From contig CAMJWL010000001.1 in assembly GCA_946409405.1 (NCBI GenBank), positions 310-64,309 on the forward strand: a DNA stretch of 64,000 nt, written 5' to 3'. The translations under genes and the position numbers were made by a program. This stretch comes from an uncultured Bacteroidales bacterium. GTDB taxonomy: Bacteria > Bacteroidota > Bacteroidia > Bacteroidales > UBA3824. The stretch's first letter is position 1, and each line of letters starts with the position of its first letter. The notes under the pieces are model-generated. The model had not been told where the DNA came from. It did not search any database and saw only the letters and a program-made list of their open reading frames with translations. Below, piece by piece: positions 15,204-24,883 of this stretch.

Positions 15204-17432
15204 TTACAGTTTTATGGCGAGGAAGGTGATGTCGTCGAGTTGCTGATAGCCGTTTTGCCAAGAGTCTATGGCGTTGTTGATGGCGGCGTGTTGTGTGGGG
15301 AAGGGTAGGGGAGCGAGGTCGCCTACGAGTTTAAAAAGTCTTTTTATCGAAAAATGCTTGTATTTGGAGTGCGCGTCATCGATGTAGCCAAATTGGTCGG
15401 TGATACCGTCCGAAAACATATATAATGCGTCGCCCTTGTGTATGCTTACGGTTTTTTCGTTGAAATCTTTGAAGTCGCCTACGTAAATTCCGATTGGCAT
15501 TTTGTCGTGTTTTATTTCCGTAAGTGTACCGTTGCTATAAATCCACAGCGGTCTGTACGCTCCGGCGTAGTGTAGCGTATCTGTTTCGGTGTCTATGATT
15601 ACCAGTGCGAGGTCTATGCCGTCCATGTTGACTTTTTCGCCACGGTCGTATTTTTCTTTGCTCTGTCCGAGAGCCGACATCAGGCGGCGGCGCATTTGGT
15701 TTAGTATTAGGGATGCCGAGCCGTTGTTTTCGATTACAGAGGGTGCGAGGTCGTTGAGCAGGGTGATGCCGAGCATGCTTACAAATGCGCCAGGCACGCC
15801 GTGTCCCGTGCTGTCGGCGCATACAGCCATTTTGTATTTGCCTACGCTGTCCGCCCAATAGAAGTCGCCCGCCACGATGTTGAGGGGGCGGTAGATGACG
15901 TAGTAATCGCTGAAAATTTGCTGCATCATCGCGTCGTCGGGCATTACGGAGCGTTGTATAAGGCTCGCGTAGCCTATCGAATCTTTGATTTGAAGGTTTT
16001 GCGAGGATATTTCTTCGTTTTGCTTGGCGAGTTTGTCCCTTTGGGTCAGGATTTCCTCTTGCTGCGATATGATTTCCGATTTTTGTTGCTGGAGCGTTTC
16101 GTTTTTTTCGTTGAGTTCGCGGTAATGCCTCCGCGTCCTCAATACTTCAAACACGGCGATTAGCACTCCCAAGATTAACGCCACTGAGGCAATTTGTATT
16201 ATCCTTGCCCGAAGTTGTTCGCGTTCCCTGTGCTGCTGCATTTCGTCGTCAAATTTTGCCTGCGCCATTTCCTGCGTGGTCATTATCGCGTAGTCTATGG
16301 AAGCCTGGCTGTTGACGTGTTCGTAAAATTTTGACTTATAATAATATGCATTCTTGTAGTCGTTGAGAGCCGTGTAATACCTGTCGTGCGCCAAGTATAT
16401 GTTTTCAGTGCAGTCGGTGTTTACAAAACTGCTGTCAATCCTTGCTTGCAGCGAGTCGAGGAGTGGTTTTGCTTTGTCGTATTGCTTGCCGAGCGTGTAA
16501 TAGTTTGCCTTTTGAATGTCAAATTGTATTTTCTCGCCGTTTTGGATTTTTTCGATTATTGCGTAGCCTTCGTTGATGCATTGCCACATTGTGTCGAGAG
16601 CCGATTGCAGTTGTTCCCCTTGGTAATCGTATATCGTCGCTTCTTGAAAAATCAAGTCTGCTTTTGTGCCAAGCAACTGATAGCGAGAGTATAGGAAATC
16701 GGTTTTTATCGTGTTTGCTTTGTTGATGGCCTGCCTTGCCTTGGCGATGAGGCTGGTGTTTTTTTCGGAACTCGTATGTTTGTATTGCACGATGTACAGG
16801 GTTGCAAGTCCGTCGTAGTCGTCAAGCAGGTCGTCGGTGTTGTTGTTGGCAGAGTCGAGTGCTATTGCTTTGTAATACATCTCCTCCGCCTGCCGGTACA
16901 TCTTTTGGTAAAAACAGTTTTGAGCCATCAAACTGGTGCAACGTGCGATGTATTCGGGGTCGCCCAGTTCCTCGAATAATTGCAGGGCTATGTCGTAGTA
17001 TATGTACGACTGTTTGTAGTTGCTGAGGTAACTGTAATTGTTGCCGAGCATCTCGTAGTTTTTGGCTTTGATTTTTTGGTTTCCTATCGAGTCGGCGATG
17101 ATGATAGCGCGGAAGTTGCATTGGATTGCGCTTGCGTAGTCGTCTCTGTATGAGAATGCCCACCCCTTGTACCCCCATGCCTTAGCCTCGTAATAGGCGT
17201 TGTTTTGGAGTTTGGCGAGATGCAGTTGCCTCTCTGCCCATACGAAGGTGGAGTCCACGTTGTAATGGCCTTCGGCTATCTTGTCGCAGATGCGGAGTTT
17301 GACGAGAGCGTTGTTGTCCAACTGGGAATATAGCGACACGAGGCTGTCGAGGTACGCATCGTCCTTGTCCTGTGCCGAGGCTCGCGCCGACACGGAGATT
17401 ATTAGTATCAATATGAGGACGATGTGTTTCAT
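15204..17432 (-). CDS. TPR-repeat sensor with a TM helix, coiled coil and PP2C/SpoIIE-type Ser phosphatase domain
   Basis: Signal peptide, TPR-like Y/A/N repeats, and TM helix IIQIASVALILGVLIAVF. SpoIIE core: GDFYWADSVGKYKMAVCADSTGHGVPGAFVSMLG ... SDGITDQ. Confidence 0.9.
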   Translation of the reverse strand: MKHIVLILILIISVSARASAQDKDDAYLDSLVSLYSQLDNNALVKLRICDKIAEGHYNVDSTFVWAERQLHLAKLQNNAYYEAKAWGYKGWAFSYRDDYASAIQCNFRAIIIADSIGNQKIKAKNYEMLGNNYSYLSNYKQSYIYYDIALQLFEELGDPEYIARCTSLMAQNCFYQKMYRQAEEMYYKAIALDSANNNTDDLLDDYDGLATLYIVQYKHTSSEKNTSLIAKARQAINKANTIKTDFLYSRYQLLGTKADLIFQEATIYDYQGEQLQSALDTMWQCINEGYAIIEKIQNGEKIQFDIQKANYYTLGKQYDKAKPLLDSLQARIDSSFVNTDCTENIYLAHDRYYTALNDYKNAYYYKSKFYEHVNSQASIDYAIMTTQEMAQAKFDDEMQQHREREQLRARIIQIASVALILGVLIAVFEVLRTRRHYRELNEKNETLQQQKSEIISQQEEILTQRDKLAKQNEEISSQNLQIKDSIGYASLIQRSVMPDDAMMQQIFSDYYVIYRPLNIVAGDFYWADSVGKYKMAVCADSTGHGVPGAFVSMLGITLLNDLAPSVIENNGSASLILNQMRRRLMSALGQSKEKYDRGEKVNMDGIDLALVIIDTETDTLHYAGAYRPLWIYSNGTLTEIKHDKMPIGIYVGDFKDFNEKTVSIHKGDALYMFSDGITDQFGYIDDAHSKYKHFSIKRLFKLVGDLAPLPFPTQHAAINNAIDSWQNGYQQLDDITFLAIKL

Positions 17433-17445
17433 AATGTGTCGATTG

Positions 17446-17940
17446 TTATTTTGTTATTGTAAATACTCCACAAGGGCTGCTTTGCTTGATTTCTTCGCCG
17501 TTGAGCAGCCAGTGGTCTTCGCTTTCGAGTATGTCGGTGATTTTGCGTTTTAAATGGATTACGTCTTGTGTGCCGTCCTTCCATGTCAGTGTAAAATCGG
17601 TGTCGTACTCTTGGTTGCCTTCCAGTGTGCCAAAATATGCCATGTACCTGTTTGTGGCTTTGTTTTTGCCAAGGATTAACTCCGGGTTTTCGTCCGAATA
17701 CTTGGTTTGCATGCGGTAAACCGTGCCGTTGTAGGTGAGCATGAAGTCGTTGCCTACATAGTATGTCGCCTCGTAGTTGAGGAGGTCCACAGTGTCCTTG
17801 TTTTGCACATATATCTCTAATTCAATAGGATACCATTCCACTGCTACCAACGCGTCTGGTGTGTCGTGCTTCTTGCATGACGGCATCGTTAATGATAGCA
17901 TTACAAGCAATGCCGCCAATAGTAATGTTAGTTTTTTCAT
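17446..17940 (-). CDS. lipoprotein, function unknown
   Basis: Signal peptide with lipobox-like LSLTMPSC. Confidence 0.7.
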   Translation of the reverse strand: MKKLTLLLAALLVMLSLTMPSCKKHDTPDALVAVEWYPIELEIYVQNKDTVDLLNYEATYYVGNDFMLTYNGTVYRMQTKYSDENPELILGKNKATNRYMAYFGTLEGNQEYDTDFTLTWKDGTQDVIHLKRKITDILESEDHWLLNGEEIKQSSPCGVFTITK

Positions 17941-17985
17941 CGTTTTTGCGAATTTTTTGTATCGCGCAAAATTACAAAAATAATT

Positions 17986-19341
17986 TTATATCATCATTTT
18001 TGTTTTCACTTTTTCCGCAAAATTAGCCAACGACGGGTCTCGCGCACCCATCAGCAGTATTAGGTCGCCGGTATGAGCGTTGGTTTTGAGGTAGGGGATA
18101 ATGTCTTCTCGTTCAGGGATATACAATGCGTTTTTGCCGTTTGCGCAGATTCCGTCGGCAAACTCCTGCGCGGAAATCGACTTGTCGGCAGTACCGCCGG
18201 CGTAGTAGATTTGGGAGAAAATCATCACGTCCTGTGGGCGGAGTAGGGCGGAGATTTTTTGGATTAGTTCGTCTTTCATCAACCTCGACGGCGCAAATCC
18301 GTGCGGCTGAAACCACGCTATCACCCTTTCCGATACCGATTGACACGCCGACAGTGATGCCGAGATTTTGGCGGGGTTGTGCGCAAAATCGTCCATTATC
18401 GTGATTCCGGCACGAGAACCAATGATGCAGTTACGTCTGTAAATGCCTGTGTAATTGGCTAATGCAATGGCTGAGTCTTGGTCGTTGATGCCCAAAAGCC
18501 GCGCCACGGAGATGGCTGCCAGTGCGTTTTCCATATTGTGGCGACCGATGGACGAAATTTTAAACTGGGTGCCGTTGCTTTTAAATGTAATATTATCTAA
18601 ACTTTGTGTAAAATTTTCTGCAAAATTAGTACATTTGATATTGCAACTGAAATCGTTTCCTTCTCCGCGTGAGAATTTTGCGCTGCGAGGGTTGTCGAGG
18701 TTGACAATCAGCGTCTTTTGTGTGTGGTCGGCGAAGGTCTGAAACAGCGGCATCAACTCCTCTATCGGTTTGTGGTCGCGGTCGATATTGAGGATGAGAC
18801 CAATTTGCGGGCGGTATTTTACGATGGTGCCGTCGGATTCGTCGGTTTCGATTACCAAAATGTCGCTCGTGCCGACAGCCGCGTTGCCGATTTTGCCATT
18901 TTTTTGGAGGCTCACGAGTCCTGCGCCGGTGATGAGGCTCGGCGATAGTCCGCATTGCTCCAGGATATGGTAAATCATAGCCGTCGTTGTCGATTTGCCC
19001 GATGTGCCGGCAACTGCGATGGTGCGGTTTTGTGCGCAGATTTCCGCCAGAAGGTCGGAACGGTGTATGGTCTTGATGCCGTGCTGACGTGCAAAGGCGT
19101 ATTCAGGCACTGTGTCTTCGATGGCAGTGCTTACTACTACGAAGTCAGTGTCTTGGTCGATTGTTGACTCGCCCTGCACGTAACAGCGGATGCCCTCGGC
19201 TTCCAATTGTTGGCGGCTGAGGTCGCCTTCGGGTTTCAGAAAAATCCTGTCGCTGCCCGCTACCGTATGTCCTTTGCCGACGAGGTACTGCGCAATCGCG
19301 CTCATCCCCGCTCCGGCTATGCCGATGAAGAAGTATTTCAT
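17986..19341 (-). CDS. Mur ligase family protein (MurC/Mpl-type)
   Basis: MKYFFIGIAGAGMSAIAQYLVGKGHTVAGSD (Rossmann N-domain) and the P-loop AVAGTSGKSTTTAM. I prefer the start at ATG 19341 over 19383. MurC versus Mpl cannot be decided by eye. Confidence 0.85.
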   Translation of the reverse strand: MKYFFIGIAGAGMSAIAQYLVGKGHTVAGSDRIFLKPEGDLSRQQLEAEGIRCYVQGESTIDQDTDFVVVSTAIEDTVPEYAFARQHGIKTIHRSDLLAEICAQNRTIAVAGTSGKSTTTAMIYHILEQCGLSPSLITGAGLVSLQKNGKIGNAAVGTSDILVIETDESDGTIVKYRPQIGLILNIDRDHKPIEELMPLFQTFADHTQKTLIVNLDNPRSAKFSRGEGNDFSCNIKCTNFAENFTQSLDNITFKSNGTQFKISSIGRHNMENALAAISVARLLGINDQDSAIALANYTGIYRRNCIIGSRAGITIMDDFAHNPAKISASLSACQSVSERVIAWFQPHGFAPSRLMKDELIQKISALLRPQDVMIFSQIYYAGGTADKSISAQEFADGICANGKNALYIPEREDIIPYLKTNAHTGDLILLMGARDPSLANFAEKVKTKMMI

Positions 19342-19541
19342 GATGGTTACAAGTATATTATCAGAGATTTGTTTAAAAAACAAAGATAATCATTTTTTGC
19401 AACAAAATCTTCTGTTTCCTAAAAAAAAATTAACACAAAATATTTATTCAATTCTGTTTTGTTTTCGGGCGGAATTTTTTTTGCCAAATATGTTTTTTTG
19501 TTTTACATTTGCGGTCGGATACCAAAACACGCGGCAAGATT

Positions 19542-20465
19542 ATGGAAAAAGATTTCCTTGTACGGTTTGACTTCGCGATAAAGAGCCTTCTGAGGCACAA
19601 GAAGAATTTTGACATCTTGGAGGGGTTTATCGAAGTCTTTTTGGGTAAGAAATGCACTATCGTCGATATACTTGAAAGCGAGAGCAACCAAGAGGATTCC
19701 GACGATAAATTTAATCGTGTCGATATCAAAGCGAAGGACGACAAGGGCGAGATTTTTATCGTTGAGGTTCAGACCACGCGCTACACGTATTATTTGGAAA
19801 GGGTGCTTTACGGCGTTTCCAAGGCGGTAACGGAGCAGATGAGCAGTGGCGACAAGTTTGGCGAGATACATCAGGTGTTTTCTATTTCGATAGTGTATTA
19901 CGACTTCGGCATTGGCGACGACTATTTTTACGAGTGCAAGTCGGAATTTGTGGGCGTTCACACGCACAACGTCCTTCAACTCAACAGGCGCGAGGAACTT
20001 TCTGTAGCCGAAATCGCCAATGGCGACAAACGCGAGTTCAAATATAGCAAGATAACCTCCGCCGACATTTTCCCAAAATATTATTTGATACGCATCAATT
20101 CGTTTCGCAAGGCGATAGCCAACGCTATGGACGAGTGGATGGACTTCCTCAAAAACAATAGCATCAAGCCCGACACTACCGCCCCCGGTTTGGCACAGGC
20201 TCGCGAGAAGTTGCTCTATGGACGTATGACCAACGAGGAGCGGGCGCAGTACGACCGTCATTGGATGTCGCTCCGCAACGAGGAAGAGGCGATAGAGGAG
20301 GCAGAAATCGGCGGATTGGAAAGAGGAAGGGAGCAAGGCCGCAAGGAAGGTGAAAGGCAAAAGGCCATTGATATTGCTCGCAACCTCAAAGCCGCCGGAA
20401 TCGACATCGACATCATTGCGCAGTCCACCGGACTCGCCATCAACGAAATTGCAGCCCTCGTTTAA
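19542..20465 (+). CDS. Rpn-family PD-(D/E)XK recombination-promoting nuclease / putative transposase
   Basis: FDFAIKSLLRHKKN...RVDIKAKDDKGEIFIVEVQ (PDDEXK_2 pattern) plus the typical C-terminal IDIARNLKAAGIDIDIIAQSTGL tail. Start taken at MEKDF. Confidence 0.8.
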   Translation: MEKDFLVRFDFAIKSLLRHKKNFDILEGFIEVFLGKKCTIVDILESESNQEDSDDKFNRVDIKAKDDKGEIFIVEVQTTRYTYYLERVLYGVSKAVTEQMSSGDKFGEIHQVFSISIVYYDFGIGDDYFYECKSEFVGVHTHNVLQLNRREELSVAEIANGDKREFKYSKITSADIFPKYYLIRINSFRKAIANAMDEWMDFLKNNSIKPDTTAPGLAQAREKLLYGRMTNEERAQYDRHWMSLRNEEEAIEEAEIGGLERGREQGRKEGERQKAIDIARNLKAAGIDIDIIAQSTGLAINEIAALV

Positions 20466-23400
20466 AATTCTGGTATAATATATTCCTGTCTCAGTTTTCT
20501 TCTCATCACCACGTCAAGCACCTTCTTTGCGAAGCGTCGCTCGCCTTTTTGCTGTTTGTTTTCAAAGCCGGCGGTGGCTTTGACGCCGGAGAGGATCGAT
20601 TGCACCCAATATCCTGCAAAACTGCGGCCTGGGTTGCATTGGGCGTAGATGTAGCCGATGCGGCGGCTGTTTTTGGTGTGTACTACCGTGTTGGCGAGGA
20701 GCGAGACGAGACCTCTGCGTTTTTGCTGAACGCTGTCGCGTTTGTTTACCTGCAATTTTAAATCACGATACACGATGTGCGATTCGCCGCGAGATTCTAT
20801 GTTGTCCGACTTGAAATTGACCTGCGCCGCAGAAACCGTGCCGCTGTTTATCTTGGCAAAAATGGCGTTTTCGAGGTACGGATTGAGGTCGGACAAATTG
20901 ACGGTGTCTGCCTTAAAATTGCAAATAAATTCGTCTGTGGGCGAATCCATCACGTATTTGATTCTTGCGCCAACGTTGGCAATGTCCATCAACTTGCCCG
21001 TAGCCGATAGCAGCATCGCATTGTTTCGGGCGATGTCGGCGGGGTCGTTGGTAAAATTGAAAACTTTGCCGCTTATATCGTTGACGGTGAGCAGACCCGG
21101 CACGCCCGCTTCGGGGTTCAGTTGCTCCACGCCTACGAAAGAGTTGCGGACGTAGGTGGTGTCAACGGTGATTTTTACGGGTATGCGCTCCTTGATGAAG
21201 GCGTGGAGGTTTGGTTTGGGCGTGCTGAAGTCGTTTGGCTTGGTCTGATTCTCGTAACTCTGCATCTGGAATCTTTCTACGTCCAGTCGTCCAATGTCTA
21301 TCTTCTTGTCGGTAAAGAGTTTAGGAATATCAAAATCATATACGTAGCCCTTCTCGCAGTTGAAGTAAATCGCGCTTTTGCGCACGTCAAAATGGTTGTA
21401 AAAATCGTATCTCGAAATTAACGGGCGGTAGTCCACTTGGTCTATTACGCCGGTGCGGTTGATGGGGTCCACCACCACGCGCCCAAAATTGATGCGGTAG
21501 AGACTGTCGCGGAAATTGAAGGTGTAATCGTTGATGCCCACCAAGATATGGTTGGCGGGGTAGGGGGAGTCGTGTTCGGACTCGGTGTCGATTCCGTCGG
21601 CGCGGAGGTCGATGTTGCCCCAAAAAAGTTCGCGTTTCATGGGGCGTTTGAGGTTGATGCTTGCGCCGTCGGAGGCAACGTTGTCGATGGCAAAATTCCA
21701 TTTCAAATTATCCAACGAGAATTTTTTGCGCGGTTTGTTGGGGTCTTTAACCTTCTGAGTGATGCGCACTTCCGGATCTTTTAAATAGAGCGAATTGGCG
21801 GCTACTTTTTTGTTGAACGCCAATTGCTGGTAATCCAAACCCGTGAGGAGTATTTCGGGAACTTTTACGCCGGCGCGGGTGGTGTCTTGTGGATTGCCAA
21901 ATGCAATGTCGGTTATTGTGGTGGAGTCGTCTTGGTGGTGTAGATGGCTGATGGTCAGGTTGTTGAGTTTTATTTTTGCGAATACGTCCGTAATGTCAAG
22001 ATACGGATTTTGGAAAGTAATCAGGCTGTTTGCCTTGTGGAGGTTTGCGCTGTCGAGGCTAAAATTTTGGCATGAAACGTCCAACTTTGCGCTTGCAATT
22101 TTGTCGGCGTGTTCGTTGATTATGCTAAATTCGCTCTTAAAACTATGTACATTGTTGACAATGAGGCCGTTAAAAAACTTTTGACGGCGTTTTTTCTGAG
22201 GATTTTTTGGGGCGTGTACGCTGTCCTGTGTGCGCATTATGGCGATGGATGCGTTGTCAAAAATGCAGTTTTCCATCTTGAAAACTCCCGTGCTGTCGTA
22301 TGCGGCAAAGTCAACGCCGTCCACCATTATGGCAGGGCAGTGGGCGTTGATTTGGTTGCGACTGTTGCTTTCGAGCATATTGTCGGGGTATATGGAAAGG
22401 TCTGATACTGAGATATTTCCCTTGTCGGTGCTCATTTTTATGTTGCCCGTATTCACTATGTGCGTCTTGTCGGGCAGGAGAAATTGGAAGTTGTTGAGGT
22501 CGAGAGTGTAAGCCTTTGCCAACATTATTTTTGTGTCGGGCGACACGCTGTCTTTGTTGTAATAAAAGCCGTTTACGTTGAGCATGAAGTTTGACGAGGT
22601 GCCAGTGATGATGTTGTTTGACGTGTCGCGGATATTGAAACTTAGTATGCTGCTGTCTGCTTGCAGCGTGTCTATCTTGACGAGGCTCAGTTGCTTGGGA
22701 ATCATGCGCGCTATTATCCTGTCCATTAATTTAAATTTGGCGAGCATCGAATCGAGTTCGTGTTGCATGGCTTGCCTTACCGAGTCGTCCACGGGAATTT
22801 CGTGGGCTTGTTGGCGGAGTTCGGGGTAGATGTTGATGTAGAAATGCGGTTTTTGGATGTTGAGATTTTCCACGTTAACTTTGCCATGGTATAGAAAATC
22901 AATGAGGTTGGTCTTGGAAAATTCGGTTTTGCTGATTTTGATGTCCATGTGCGAATGTTTGTGCAGACGGCGCAGGGAGTTGACTATTGCGGTGTCGTTG
23001 TCGGCGGAAAACGAGACGTCGCTCATGGATACTTTGTCTTTTTGAGTATCTACGGTTAGGTTGCCGCAACGGAGAGTGTGGATGCTTTTTGACGGCTTGA
23101 TTACGGCGTTTTCGATGTTGAGTTTCAGGCTGCTGCTGCGGAATGGGATTAGTTCGTCCTTGATGATGCTGCGGTTGAGGGTCAGGTTGCCGATTACGAG
23201 CGTGAGTTTGCCCGACAGAGTAAGGCTGTCTTCCTTGATTGAGGCTTTTGATGTAATGTCTATTTTACCTTTGTAAATCTGCGTTGTTTTGATTTTCAGC
23301 GAGTTAAAATATTCGTTGGAGAGGGCGGTGAGGAGTTTGCCCTTGCCTGGCGCGGATTTGGTGGTGTCGTTGCTGTTGATAAAACTCATAGTCTTGATGT

Positions 23401-24883
23401 CGGGCAGCATGATGTTGAGCCGTCCGATTTCAAATGCTTGCGAATTGTACGCTTTTTTGAAGTCTATGTCGTTCACTTCCAGGCGCGGAACGGATATTAC
23501 GATGGTCTTTTCGGTGGAGTCGCGGCGGTAGGCGGAGAGCGGTCTGATGGCTATTTTGGTGGCTTTTACGATGCCTTTGTCGGTGGAAACAAACACTGAA
23601 TCTGCCGCAAACTGATGCCGCAAGTCGGGCAGGAGCATACGGTATTTGTTGATGCCTATTTCGAGGTTGTCGGAGTATAAAATCTTATCGTGGTCGCGGT
23701 TTGCGAGCGAATCTAACGTAAATTTTTGGAGCAAAATGTCTATTTTTTCGATGTCGAAGGCTGGCTGTTTGGCGGTGGGTTTTGTGAGGCGCATGGAGGC
23801 ATCGTTTACGGTGATATTATCTACCGCAATCCGCCTCAACGTGCCTTGTATCAGCGAGTAAAGGTCGGTTTTCTTGGCTTCAAACTGCTTGCTTTCAGGA
23901 TTGACCTTGCCGCCGTTGTGAAACTTGATTTTGGGCGCGTAAATCCATACGCCACTGAGAGTAACGTCTTTATTGAAGTATGCGCGGCTGATGTCGAGAC
24001 CCGATATAAGGATGGAGTCCAACGTGGCATCAAACCTATTGTCTGTGCTGCTTTTTTTCCCATAGGAAATCATCTGTACATCTTTGGCGTATATGCTTGA
24101 ATCAGAAGTGCTTATGGTCAGATTTCCCGCTGTGATGCGGTGGATTTGGTCGGCGAGGGCGATGTTGTAGTTGCGGGAGCGGATGGTGATTTCGTCAGAA
24201 TAGAAAAACTGATTCCTCGCCAAAAACTTCTCCTCGTTTAAGTAAAAGTTCCTTAGTGTAATGTCAATTTTGCTAATACCAAAACGCTGGTCGTCGGTGA
24301 TTTTGGTGTGGAAGTCGAAGAATCCGTCTGTGATGTCTATCTTTCTGATGTTCAACGCTTTGAAAAACTGACTTACTATCGGGTACAAGTCGGTGTGTAC
24401 GGCGTCGTATTTTATTTTTTCGTCGGTTTTGTCGGGCTTGCCAACAAGCCTAACCATAGGATGCTCGATGTTTATCTCCTTGATATACAGTTCGTTTTTG
24501 GAGAAAAACGACTTCAATCCGATGTTTTCGATTACAAGGCGGTCGGCTGAAATATTGTAAATGCCATTGTTGTAATGTTCCTGTTCTATGCGGCGGAGAT
24601 ACGCCGTAGTGTCGGGGTGCAGCGAAAAACCTTCGAGTTCTATCGTCTTTGCCAACAGGTTGATTCTCAGCCCCGTAAAGTCCATTGTGTAGAGGCCTTT
24701 GCTGTTGTTATATACGGCATCGCAGACGCTTATTTTTGCAATCGTGAGGGCGTGGTAATAGCATACGTATTGCAATGCTCCGATTATCAATGCCAAAGGG
24801 ATAAGGATTTTAATCAGAGTTTTAAGGATGCTGCGCCGTTTGCGTGGCTGCTGTTTTGATATGTCGGTTTCCTCAGTGTTCAT
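20462..24883 (-). CDS. AsmA/TamB-like giant envelope-biogenesis protein
   Basis: 1473 aa with a single N-terminal TM anchor, then a long beta-rich repetitive body. Its start overlaps the ampG-like stop by 11 nt. The family call is by architecture only. Confidence 0.7.
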   Translation of the reverse strand: MNTEETDISKQQPRKRRSILKTLIKILIPLALIIGALQYVCYYHALTIAKISVCDAVYNNSKGLYTMDFTGLRINLLAKTIELEGFSLHPDTTAYLRRIEQEHYNNGIYNISADRLVIENIGLKSFFSKNELYIKEINIEHPMVRLVGKPDKTDEKIKYDAVHTDLYPIVSQFFKALNIRKIDITDGFFDFHTKITDDQRFGISKIDITLRNFYLNEEKFLARNQFFYSDEITIRSRNYNIALADQIHRITAGNLTISTSDSSIYAKDVQMISYGKKSSTDNRFDATLDSILISGLDISRAYFNKDVTLSGVWIYAPKIKFHNGGKVNPESKQFEAKKTDLYSLIQGTLRRIAVDNITVNDASMRLTKPTAKQPAFDIEKIDILLQKFTLDSLANRDHDKILYSDNLEIGINKYRMLLPDLRHQFAADSVFVSTDKGIVKATKIAIRPLSAYRRDSTEKTIVISVPRLEVNDIDFKKAYNSQAFEIGRLNIMLPDIKTMSFINSNDTTKSAPGKGKLLTALSNEYFNSLKIKTTQIYKGKIDITSKASIKEDSLTLSGKLTLVIGNLTLNRSIIKDELIPFRSSSLKLNIENAVIKPSKSIHTLRCGNLTVDTQKDKVSMSDVSFSADNDTAIVNSLRRLHKHSHMDIKISKTEFSKTNLIDFLYHGKVNVENLNIQKPHFYINIYPELRQQAHEIPVDDSVRQAMQHELDSMLAKFKLMDRIIARMIPKQLSLVKIDTLQADSSILSFNIRDTSNNIITGTSSNFMLNVNGFYYNKDSVSPDTKIMLAKAYTLDLNNFQFLLPDKTHIVNTGNIKMSTDKGNISVSDLSIYPDNMLESNSRNQINAHCPAIMVDGVDFAAYDSTGVFKMENCIFDNASIAIMRTQDSVHAPKNPQKKRRQKFFNGLIVNNVHSFKSEFSIINEHADKIASAKLDVSCQNFSLDSANLHKANSLITFQNPYLDITDVFAKIKLNNLTISHLHHQDDSTTITDIAFGNPQDTTRAGVKVPEILLTGLDYQQLAFNKKVAANSLYLKDPEVRITQKVKDPNKPRKKFSLDNLKWNFAIDNVASDGASINLKRPMKRELFWGNIDLRADGIDTESEHDSPYPANHILVGINDYTFNFRDSLYRINFGRVVVDPINRTGVIDQVDYRPLISRYDFYNHFDVRKSAIYFNCEKGYVYDFDIPKLFTDKKIDIGRLDVERFQMQSYENQTKPNDFSTPKPNLHAFIKERIPVKITVDTTYVRNSFVGVEQLNPEAGVPGLLTVNDISGKVFNFTNDPADIARNNAMLLSATGKLMDIANVGARIKYVMDSPTDEFICNFKADTVNLSDLNPYLENAIFAKINSGTVSAAQVNFKSDNIESRGESHIVYRDLKLQVNKRDSVQQKRRGLVSLLANTVVHTKNSRRIGYIYAQCNPGRSFAGYWVQSILSGVKATAGFENKQQKGERRFAKKVLDVVMRRKLRQEYIIPEF

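Noticed and set aside
19503-20360. 285-aa minus-strand ORF
   Set aside because: It is antisense to the Rpn-family gene, which has the recognisable PD-(D/E)XK and C-terminal tail patterns.
19542-20465. Possible insertion sequence around the Rpn-family 'transposase'
   Set aside because: I saw no terminal inverted repeats or target duplications. The gene's 3' end overlaps the asmA-like stop convergently, as for a resident chromosomal gene, and Rpn-family genes are usually not autonomous IS elements.
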